Source: Trichinella spiralis (Eukaryota). Taken from it: DNA of 64,000 nucleotides. Position numbers and translations under genes: made by a program. The notes beneath the pieces are model-generated. The model did no database searches and had not been told where the DNA came from. It was given only the letters and a program-made list of their open reading frames with translations. Below, piece after piece: positions 31,190-42,852 of the stretch. Position 1 is the stretch's first letter. Each line of letters opens with the position of its first letter. The DNA lies in NCBI RefSeq assembly GCF_000181795.1, contig NW_003526941.1:8130488-8194487 (forward strand), read 5' to 3'.

Positions 31190-32456
31190 GTTGATTCAAG
31201 AGAGGAGGATGTTCATTATCTGGTTGAAGCGCAGTATCAGCAAACGGGCCGGTGTGATGCGCGCCTGGCTTGCGGTTTACACACGACTTGGAAGAAGAAA
31301 ATCAGCCAACGCAATCGATGATCGCATTTTCTTGAAAAATATGCTTACTGACAAAAATTTACGAGCTGCTGACAGAGACGAGCCGGAGGAAGAAGCATGT
31401 ACGGCTTTGAAAGAGAGGCAAGCAAGAAGGTGGCGGCAGTGTGAAGAACTAACTAACTAACTAACTAATTCACTTTTGACAAGCAAGCAAGTAACAGCAA
31501 ACAGCATTTAAATTTTGAAAAGCTTACCTGGAAATGATCACTGTCAGCAAGATGTCAGCAATGTATGCAAAAGGTGACCAACTGAACAGAGATCCGATCA
31601 TTGAAATCTGCACAGCTGCCGTCTCTATGCATATATACATATATGTACATATGCGTGCATACACTTGGCGAAAAAGCTTCCTTCTTGTCGAACAAGGAAC
31701 AATCTCAATTAAAAAACTTCACACCAATACTAATTCAATTGAACCAAATCTGCAAAAACAAATCGATCATATTACAAGTAACACGAGTAAAGACAAAAAA
31801 ATACTTTTTGTCTAAAAAACGACTTACACTAATATGCAAATAAAGTACATTTGAAATATTTTTTAAAATTTTACAAAAAAAAGATTCGAAATTGTACGTA
31901 CATAATAATAAATAATGTCAAATCGGCAGACAATTGTAGAGTTGGCTTCCGTCGGTTTCAGAGTCGGAAAAATTGCCATCCTCTGGCTTCAGCTGACACT
32001 TCGTTGTTGATCTTTTCAAGGGCGCTGGCTTGGCAAGCACAAAGTGACCAATCATGAAAATAAACACCAAATCACGACTTGTTGAAAGTGGATAATCTGC
32101 AAAACACTCGAGCTGTTGATGGGGCAAAATGAGAAAGTAGGAGTGCTGAATCAATAGTCTGCGTTACCATTACAAATCTAATGGTACTCAGTTGGAGTAG
32201 TTTAGTTGGAAAGCAGATGCGGCCGTTTGGCGACAATTGTTTATTGACCATCGGCAAACGATCAAAATGCTCACCTAACGTTGACGGGAAAATTGTAAAA
32301 CAATCTATGCTGTTGTTATCAACAAATGCAATGGGAGAAAGCATTTCAAACAACTTCTGCTTCTTAAGTGCTCCATCGATGTTCACACCTATATAAATTA
32401 TTAAACTATTAACTGGTATTAAAATTTTGAAAAAAAGAAAATCAACCGACACCTAC

Positions 32457-32489
32457 CTTTTTTTCTAACATATGTTTGTTTGGATACAT
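32457..32489 (-). CDS. Candidate TWK alternative first exon E (MYPNKHMLEKK)
   Basis: ATG, 11 codons, AAG|gtaggt phase 0. It could instead be a 5' UTR exon spliced to the acceptor near 32390. Confidence 0.35.
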
Positions 32490-32863
32490 CAAATTATTTG
32501 AAAAAGAAATAGCATGAATAAATTACACGCTACAGTCCACCAAGATGTGTGTGAGATGTGAAGTTCAACTTCGGTTATTCAATAAATAAAAATAAAGCCT
32601 TTGACTACACTACAACACACGCACGCTTCATTGTATTATGACCAATTAAAATTTATTTTTTTTCTCTTCTTCAACAACACTTCCACCCATCGTTATTTGC
32701 TTGTACAGAAAGTTGTTTTTCAATATGCATCTCTTCTTAAAGTACAATATTGAACTGTGACAATGTTTATATTTGAAACAAAATACAAATCACCGCAAAC
32801 GTTTCAAATCAATTAAACATACCTACTACTTTACATATGCACACACAAACGTGAATAGGTTTG

Positions 32864-32865
<2 letters not shown>

Positions 32866-32906
<41 letters not shown>
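32866..32906. repeat. (TG)n microsatellite
   Basis: About 20 tg units. Confidence 0.9.
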
Positions 32907-32907
<1 letters not shown>

Positions 32908-33087
32908 TGTATCTCGAAATCTCGAATAAATGATAACATTTACAAGGTGTGCATCATTCGGCAGTCGAAACAAAATTATATCTATACACGTACATTAAAT
33001 AGTCTAAATAAACCTAAAACTACAAACAAATGAAAATATAAATAAAAGAATGGAATACTGACAACTACTGGTATGCTGCGGTATAAA

Positions 33088-36000
33088 TCACGGAAAAAAT
33101 TGACTGCACCCGGCCAGTATAGAAAAAATGTAAGAACAACGGGTCAAATGACCGGATAAAAAGTCGAAGGAACTACGGAAAGCACCAATAGACGATTAGC
33201 AACTGCTGCGGTTGTTGTGGTCACCTGCTGGGGATGTGTCGTCCAAATTTCAGACTGATCCGCCGACGCGTAAGATTTGAAAATTTCCAACGTGATTGAA
33301 AACAGCCTGGCCAAAACGGCGATTTCAGTCTACAATACAATGAATATGTACATGCAGAAGCAGAAACAAAAAACCTTGAAAAAAATTCAGAAACAAAAAT
33401 TCTCAGCAAATCAGCAGCCGATAATTTTTTAAAGATACGCAGCTTAGCTTACATCTGAGAAATCTTCGACCGGCTTTTCCAATAAATTTGCAAAAATGTT
33501 CGTCGCTTCCGAGTCGTCCAAGGTGGCGAATTGCTGCTGCTGCTGCGACCCGGAACCGTCGTTTGCCTCTTCAATAATAACAGAAGAGTGATAAAGCAGC
33601 ACCTCCCAAGCGACGAGAATTTTCACGGCAAGTTCAAATTCTATTAAATAATAATTTTGTAATGTATTTTGGTTAACGAATGAATATACACGGAAAATGA
33701 AGCCAACAAATATGCTCACCTGCTAGATGGGATTCAAATTGATTTATGTGATTCCGATATTCATATTTGCCGATAAGATTTAACTAAAGAAATTTTAACT
33801 ATTCTTGATTGTGAAATTTGATTCAAAAAATACATATATATATATATATATAAACTTACCCAGTTCTGCAATGCACCCAGACATTGTAAACTAGCACTGC
33901 ATACTCGCTGTTGTTCAGAGCAGCAATTTGCAAACCAAGCTTTAAAATTCTTGAGAAAAAAAAACAATGCACAATATTTTATAGAAATGTATTAAAAGGA
34001 AATAAACTTCACCTGAATCGACTTTGCAACAGCACCACTGACTGCGGCAGTTTGGAAAATGCATATGTGATAAAGGCAAGCTTGGATAATGTTCATAGAT
34101 CGACCGTACGGTACGAGAACGTTGTGCACCTGGCGCACTTGAATCAATTCATTCACAATCTGAAAACAGTATTCAAAAAACTAAACTGTGAACAAACAAG
34201 ATAATGGATAATGAAAATTTACATAATCCAGAACTGCTCGACTGACGACGTGGTGTTGGGACAAGAATGAACGCAAGTCAAGCAGTAGAACATTGTTGAA
34301 ATAGCAGGCGACTCGGTGATGACCGACGGTCTCGGTAGGCGATTCGGACGGTGATTGGGGTTCCGAGACGGTCGCCGGCACCGAGTGATCCTCTTCCGGC
34401 TCAGATTCGGAACGTTGGGCATGCGGAGACAAGCCCGACTCTTCCAGACTGGAAAAAAAGCACGAATCGAGAAGTAAAGCTCTGGTCGAACTGACCGACG
34501 TGCTGGTCATGTCGGCCGAGATCATTGTCTGCAAGCTGTCGGTCATTAGCTGGGAGTCGGCAGCTTGTTCGGGTGTTGTGAGACAAGTTCCACATTTGGG
34601 ACAGCACGCGAGAACCGTCGGTTCGGACTGAGCCAACGACGAAGCGCTCTTCTGGCAAGAAGAACCGCCCCCAGAATAGGAGGCGTCATCCATTTGGGCG
34701 CCGGTCGATTCGGACTCGGTTGCCAAAGTCACTGAACAATACATGTGGCGAAGGTCCATTTCCACATTTTGCCTGTTCTCCGCGTACTGGGTGCAGTCAA
34801 AATCCAAACTTTCCACGTCGCTTCGCAGGGCGGTGACGTGCTCGTGCAATTTGTCCAACTCTGCCAGTGTGCACTGACCGATCGCTTTCAACGCCACCAC
34901 CTCGGACCATTCGGACGGATCTCGGCTGAACAAGTGACTGACGTCCGAAGAATTGTCCGAAAAGCAAGCTTCGTCCGCAGGTCGGACGACCACCATCCCA
35001 CCGCCTTGACGAGGCGAAATAGACGTGGAACTTTTGCCACGCTTGGCCGGTGAGCATTGATCAAATTCGTCATCCCAGATATATTGACAAGACTGCCTGG
35101 ATGCGGATCCGTTGATCAAGCTAGACGATGAATTGCAACTTTCTGAACGGCCAGTTCGACTGTTGTTGGGTGAAGAAAGCAAGCAAGCCGGCACTGCACA
35201 GCCTCCGCCAGAACATCTCGACGGTCGCGGTGCAGGCAAACTGCTGTCGTCAATTTTGCACAGCTGGACAGTGGAAGAAGATTCAGAACCTCGTTGGACA
35301 ACATCACCGCTTTTAATACCAGCACTGATCGATGATCGGCTTGAAAATAGCTTCACAGCAGTCGCTTGTTCCTCGCTGATTTCAGCGACAGTCGACTGAT
35401 CGTTGACAGTCTGCAAACAACAGTTCACCGAATAAAGTTAAAATAAGGAGATCATGGAATAAGAGGTGCAAATTTCAAAAGAAAATGAAATAAGATGAAT
35501 TTTAAATTGAAATATACTCTCTTTTATGAATTGAAAAAGTTTTACTTAATGCTATTATCTGTTGCTATGGAATGGGAACTGAGGCAAAACGGCAAGCAGA
35601 ACTGCCAAATGGAATAGATAGAACAACTGACCAAGTAAAATGAACAGTTTCTTTTTAAAACAGTTCATCTGTAAATGGAAAATTCTAATACATCCAATTC
35701 CAATGAAATATGCAAAAAAAGAATTCAAAATTGGATTGTTGAACTTGAAAATCATTTAGTAAACTATATTTATAGTAATAGAGTTGTTCATCTTCTTATT
35801 AAAGTTCACGGCCGCAATTTGAATGCCACCAATGATAACCCACTTTAAGAAATAATATAATTTATTTACAAACATAAAAAAATCTAATCTTTTTCACGCT
35901 AATAAAAATGTGATCCTACTGTATGAATAAAATTTAAAAAGTAAGTTTCAATGTAAGAAGTTCAAAACTACATACCGTATTAGCATTGTCAGCGTGCTTT

Positions 36001-38465
36001 TCGATCACGTTTGAGAGGTGTTTTTTCAGCGAACAGCAGAACGTTTCAATCAAGTCGACTGGGTGCAGCTTGAACCAAATCCGGTACGCAACATAAGTAC
36101 CGATACCAATGAACAAAAACAAGCTTGACGTTTTGGCTGAAACAAAAAAGAATCATCAGCAAAACATTATGAAAATCAAAAACTGAAAGATGTAACATAG
36201 CATAGCCTACATCAGGTTTAAGCTGAGGCAAGTTGTCTGAACGTTAAACAAAAAAAATGACGTTTAAAGTGCTACTTTGGACATAACGATAAGTTGAAAA
36301 AATTTTATTTTACATTTAAATAGCAGTAATTCCCTTTTCATGTTGTTTTTAAAAATAGTGCATAACAAATTAAACGTAAGAATATTGCTTCTCTGAGAAA
36401 AAATTAAAATGTTCGCTAATGATCGCTTGTTCACTTGGTTTGCTTTTTGATCACTTGATTAAATAAGCTCAACAAAAAGCTTAATAATACAAATAGAAAG
36501 AATGGCAATATGCATAATTTAGATGGATTAGATGACGCTTGAATTGTTAAAAGACGTCATTTGTGAAAAGAAAATGAAAAAAATATATATTAAATTATTA
36601 AGCAATATTAAAAGCTCCTTTGTCTACTGTTCAAATGTTTGGAGAAGAATATTTCCATTAGCTTCGTGTGAAAAAATGGAAGAAAAAATCGATAACTTTT
36701 GTCATGGTAAAAATCTTGCCTAATTCATTCAATCGTTACGTTCAATTTTTGCACATGATTGCACAAATCGTTAAATAAATACATCATCTATGTTGAGAGA
36801 ATGCTTTGAGACAAGGATGCTTTGAGAAAACAAAAAAAAGCCTATTATTATTATTTCAAACAAATTAATAAAAGTGCGATTTTTTTCAAAATAAATGCTT
36901 GCTTTTTCAAAATTTGAAAAAGATTACGACTGTGTGCAAATTTATACATTTACACATATACATATATAGATGCTTGATTTCAATGCCGGAAATGATATTT
37001 CGATTGGAGTCAATTAAGAATAAAATGGAATAAGGACACTCTAGAAGCTGCAGAATAATTATTTTGTTTTAAAGCGAATGATGCGTGTGGGTGAGAAAAT
37101 TTTCCCCTTCAAATATAGCCGTTGGCTGGAGTGAGAAATGCGTCCAATACGCTCAGGAATTCAATCCAACAGACGTTCGGCTAGTATCAGCAAATCTCGA
37201 AAACACAACATCACGGCAACTGTTTCTAGCCAGTTTGCATAGCTGAGCATGATGCTTAAGCAAAAGAAGCCTGGCTGTTGTCCACTGACGGACGAGTGCA
37301 ACTCGGAAAACATCGATACCAAATCTTCTCATCTCCACTGACAAACAAATAAATTCATCAAATCTTGGAAAAATTTTCAAAATAATGCAAATACATGACA
37401 ACTGCGTGTGTGTGTGTGTTTTAATATTTTCCATGCATTACGATCATGTCTTCGTTGTGTTTTTTTTCCAAACAAATCCAATCCAACAGCATACGTAATT
37501 AATTATTAATTTTTCAGTTTGACGATACGTATTTCAAACAAAAAAAACAAACAAACAAAAAATGCACTTCTTATTCGATAAAAAATAAAAAAAACAAGCA
37601 AAATATGAATGCTGAAATTTCGGACGGTGATTTTTCCACTTCAACTGTATGTAGTACACACATACACACACACAAGTACTTGATTTCAGAGCTCAACAAT
37701 TAGCGTCCCTAATTTCATGCCAATGACGAAATCAAAACGTCCCGCCTCAGCGGGTAAGTTGAACAATGTTCAGCTGTTAGCTGGCTAGCTTCAATGAAAA
37801 TAACAAGCAAACATTTCATATTGATCGCCTAGCATATAAAAGGTAACTCTAACTTTTGGAGAAATACCAGAACAGAACAAAAAAATTGAATAAATAGAAA
37901 GAAAAAAAAGAAAAAATACAAAACTATATTGAAACAGAATTGGAAAATTCAACAAAACTAAAAATGTGGTTGTAAATTATTGCTCATCTTTTCTGTATTA
38001 TTATTACAATGATTCGCGCCGACGATTGCACAGAAAGAGTTAATTTGGATTTAATAAAGCGCGACATCTGAGACAAAAAAAAGCTAAAATTCGATAAAAA
38101 CAACAACCGTTGACTGCGAAAAAAACCCACATAACACTGTGATAACAAAATTATCAAAAGTTATCAAAAATGAAAATGAATGAAAAAAAAACAACTCACC
38201 GAAGCTTCCTTGCTGGTGCTGCTGCTGTTGATTAACCGCAACCGCAAAGCCTAACAACTCCACAGAGCTTGGGCCGCATTGCAACCAGGCTAATACAGAC
38301 CAGCTACAATGGGGCAGGCACATAAATGAACAACGGCCAGCTGGCCCTGGGACAACAGCTATGCCAGAACAATTACATCAAAAACGGCTCATTGAACGCC
38401 AAATTCCACCCACGAGTCTTCAACACTGCGTCAAGGTGGCCCGCCAGCGATGATACCGTTTTCAT
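33088..38465 (-). CDS. Uncharacterised protein: N-terminal TM segment, Ser-rich region with short coiled coil, helical C-terminal domain
   Basis: Phase-consistent exons: 38465-38377 (optional; otherwise ATG at 38323), 38303-38200, 36136-35976 (SLFLFIGIGTYVAYRIWFKL), 35410-34223, 34159-34013, 33949-33860, 33783-33720, 33640-33453, 33329-33088 (TGA). All junctions are GT-AG and the frame stays open. No family recognised. Confidence 0.8.
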
Positions 38466-38865
38466 CGATCAGCAGGTACAAAGTTCTTTTTTTCACCAGA
38501 AACGTGTCCTATTGTAAAGTATGAAAGTAGTCGAAAAAAAGTTATAAAAGAAATTTACAAATTAAATTATTTTTAAATCTTTAACATAAATTTTGCACAC
38601 TTTGTTCGTTCTGTAACGCATGGAGTAAATAATACTTGATCGAAGTGTAAATTTGCCAGTTTTTTTTTGAGTTGAGTACATTTTCATTTTCACATTCAAT
38701 AGAGATAACTATAAAATTAGAACAGATCAAGTAGTTTTGTAAAACTTTTGATTACATGTTTTCAAAAATAAAGAAAATAAAAGAAAATGACCATATATAT
38801 AGAACATGAACATCACGATTGAGATTGAAAAATGGAGAAGCAGATATTTGAATAACTTGAATTAT

Positions 38866-41076
38866 TCATGTCGAACGAGGATCGTTTCCCGTGTTCGAGG
38901 AGGATTCGGATTTTTCAATGGCAGAAAATCGTTCTCTGGCTTTCGACCATTTCTGTCGTTTCCGCAATTGGCTTCGATCAACGTCATCCGAAGACATCCC
39001 TTTCAAAACTGAACATCCAAGTCCAGCAGTTCCAACGTTTGAAATTGGATTTATCTGCAAGGAAAAACGAGAAAAATTGGAGAAAAAAGCAAACCCCCAA
39101 ACCAAAAAAAGAAGAAGAAGAAAATCCCATTTTACTGGCTCTTTGATGCCGTCGCCTTTTCGACCCAATCCATCGCCGGATTTCCATCCCATTTTGGACA
39201 GCATTTTAAATCCCTTGTTTTTCGAATCAACATGCCTGGAACAGAGTCAGAAATTAAAGTAGAAAATCTGCACGCCAAAATCATCAGTTTTACTTGTCAG
39301 TAGAAGAAGTTTCAACAACAACCGGTAAATATGGATTATCAGAGCCGACGACTCGACGACGAACCGAAGCTCTATCATTATAATTAGTAGTTGTTTCACA
39401 AGCAATTGAATAGGTCTGAAACAAAATTAAATTAAATTAAAATTAATTTCTTCCAAAAAGTGATGGAAAATGAAAGCCTCCAACGTCGATTCCGTATTCC
39501 TTTTTCAAGCGCTTCAGTTCTCGTTTTCGTTGCGCTTCCAGGCTGATGCTACTACAACTGCTACTTTGATAGTTGTTAGCTGCAAAAAATCCCTCTTCCT
39601 CATTAATCTTCAAATTTTTGAATATTCATTCATATTTGAATATTTTTTTACTCTGCTCGTCAGTTTCCATTACAACAATGCCAGGCTCACAGTCAACGCA
39701 CGTGTTCATTCCCCGATGAATATGCAACCGTAATACACTGTTCCCGATTTGCAACAAATCTGCATGATTCAATTTGACCAATTCGTTCTGATCAAAATAT
39801 AAAAAACAACATTTTCATCATTGATTTACATTAAATCACACAATTACTACCTCTGCAATCAAAGAATCATTTATCCAACAACACTGTCCATTCAACGCGG
39901 ACAACGTGTAGCATTTATTTTCACCATCATAACTTATTCTGCAATGTTCCTAAATTGATAATTATTTAAAAAAAGAATTACAATTCAAATAGCATTTCTT
40001 CACATTCAAAATATCCGCATCTTGAATTTGAACATCACATTTTGCACCACTGCCAATGGTTGCACCTTGAATAGTTACAATGAAAAGCGTTTTTGGTTTC
40101 AGAATGGAAGAATTCTCTGGTACTATTCTTATGCACGGAGTTATACGGCCTGAAGTATGTTAATCACAGTGGAAAAAAAATAATGAAATATGTTCAAATC
40201 AACTGAAACAAACTTTCAGTCTGCAACATGTAATTTGCACAGTCGTCGCCGTAACAATATGCATCAAGCGAAATTTCATCATCGTACGGTGCAACCTCTT
40301 CGGTATTATCTCTCTGAAAAAAATTGTATACTTATAAATTAATTTACTGCACACTGTGATTGATTAATCGACTTACTAACTGCGGATTTTCGTCAACTTG
40401 AGCAACAAGATCTAACAACAATTCATAAGCACACAAATCAAACGGACAATCTTTGGCCCAATCCTGAAATTGCAACAACGACCAATTATCATCAACGTGG
40501 ACAACGAAACGTAAATGTCGATCTTCTTACTGGACAATAACGCCATTCACTTTCACCAGTTTGAACGTTGTAGCTGTAACAGCACTCTGTGGTGGCGTGG
40601 TAAAATTCTGGATTTCCCTGTTGTAAATTTCATTTTCGTACTTTCACATGGTTGCATATATGAAAATTATATTTGGAAAAAAAACAACTACCGGTTTGTA
40701 AAAATAGCCAGACTCTCTGTTGTAAAATATACCCAAAATATCAATAAATTCGAAATCATTCTGAGCGCTCGTTTCTAAAGCAGCAGCTGTAACCAAAGCG
40801 GCAATGCTTCCCACCTGAATAAAAAAATACAAATAACAGTCATCAATGCACAAAACCGAATGAATAAATCACAATTAACTAGAATATATTTAAAAAAACA
40901 CATATACACATACAAAAACAAATTAATAATCAACGTGATACAAATATAGAGAAAATGAGTCAGTTAATAAATTAATTATAGGCACTGTTAGATGTGCTTG
41001 AATGTTTGGCATATTTTGTATTACATACCGCTGAATTTCCATCGCCACATGCTCCACTCCAATCAGTTTCTGCCAT
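38866..41076 (-). CDS. AGGF1: Angiogenic factor with G-patch and FHA domains 1 homolog (OCRE + FHA + G-patch)
   Basis: First exon 41076-41029. OCRE-like aromatic repeats (FEFIDILGIFYNRESGYFYKP|GNPEFYHATTECCYSYN; 40814-40692, 40617-40531); FHA-like PCIRIV...GATIG; HIHRGMNTCVDCEPG; RKRELKRLKKEYG; YNDRASVRRRVVGSD; G-patch NKGFKMLSKMGWKSGDGLGRKGDGIKEP|INP...GTAGLG. Confidence 0.92.
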
Positions 41077-42852
41077 TGGAAATGTAAATTTTTAATTTCA
41101 AACTACAGTTTCCTGCTTTACATGAATTTCGAATGATTATCATTTACAAAAGGTTATAAATTTTCAAGTACAAACAACTGGTTGCAAAAACTGTCCATCA
41201 GCAAGCAGATTCAATTCAAAATGTTCTGCATAATTATTTTTGAATATATTTTTTCATTTTGAAATACATTTAAATTATATCTACGCAAATTATTTTTCAC
41301 ATGACAGAAATTCATAAAATGATTATTTATTTATCCGTGGATATCCGTTTTATCTTGCCTGCCCATTCTTCCATCCTTTGTTCCCCTTATTTACACGACC
41401 AATGAAAAGCAATTACAAAAGTTGAATAGATGGATTTGCATTTTCAAACAAAATAAAAAATTAAAAAACAAATTTACTTCCACATTTATTTATCGATAAA
41501 TTTATCCATGTTATATAAATAAATGTGATTTTCAAGTACAAAAGTCAAGTACATGCATATATTTTTAAAAAGGGAAATGATTTCAGAATGATTCAGACTT
41601 GTTTTTCTGTTCAGCGGTTAGTTTAATAATTTAAAATAAGTTGATTTCTGTTTGGCACTGATTATGGTCATTGTGGTGTTGAATGACCAGGAACGTTTTT
41701 GGTCGATTTGGTAGCAATTTTCACGCTTGCCACTTTCACTTCAACATCAAATTCGGTTGTTCGTTTTGGAAATAATGACAGACAGAAGCAGTTTGTGTCG
41801 AAATGAATGCCAACATTGGAATGACTGCAGTCGAGTGGAGGAAACAAAGAATCGAAAGCGAACGCCAAACAAAAACATTGATCGATCGCCACGGTCGAAT
41901 GAGCATCACCAATGACCGACTGATCCAATTATTTATTATTACAAACAACAAGCCTGATTGTCATGCGATGAATTCAATTGCAATATTTGAAATTTGCCAT
42001 CGAAAACAAAATGACTGTGTCTTTTTTATTAATATTATAAAAAAATTGTTCATGCTTCGTGGGTTTGTCGGATAATTTCTTCTTTTCTAATAAAAAGCTC
42101 AATCATTTATTCAATCGTAACGTGGTCGTCATTTTCAGAAAAATGTTCGTTTCCCTGGCCCAGTTTCTTTTCGTTCAGTTGATTCTTGAAAAGCAGTAGT
42201 CCAATTTGTCGTTCGGTGAAGATCAAAACAAACGAAAAAGTACAAATAATTTTGCGTGAATACGTACGTTATATGCACAAAATCAAGCAACGTCGTGAAA
42301 AACGAAAATGTAAGCAATGTACTGTTAATACAGTATGTGATTCACAGGCACACTACTTGCTCAATTGAGTTTCAATATCGGTATATTTGTTTGGTTTATG
42401 CATCAACAGATCGATTGCAACGACGTAAGCTAATTCTGAGCAAGTGTTGTCTCGCACAAGTTCCTTCCAATAGGATCACAGTCTAAAGTTTTGTAACAAG
42501 TGATCAACTTAAAAATCACTGGTGTAATAACGATTCAACTGTGCCCACAGGACATTGCATGTAATTGGAGAATGGAAATGAAAAGCAAAAATCACACGAA
42601 TAATGAAGTAAGAAGAAGAACAACTGAACTGTACGTCTGTCGTGACTTGTTTATTCTTTTCTTTTTTTCAAAAAAAGAAGAAAAAAGAAAAACCGGGCTT
42701 GTGTTTTTTTCTCTATAGTTACATTCAGCTATGTATATATATATATATATGTATATCCATATACATATAAAATATATATTGTAAAATAAATCTATCTATC
42801 CATCTATCTGTATATACAACAGATAGATAGATGGATGGATGCAATAATATCT

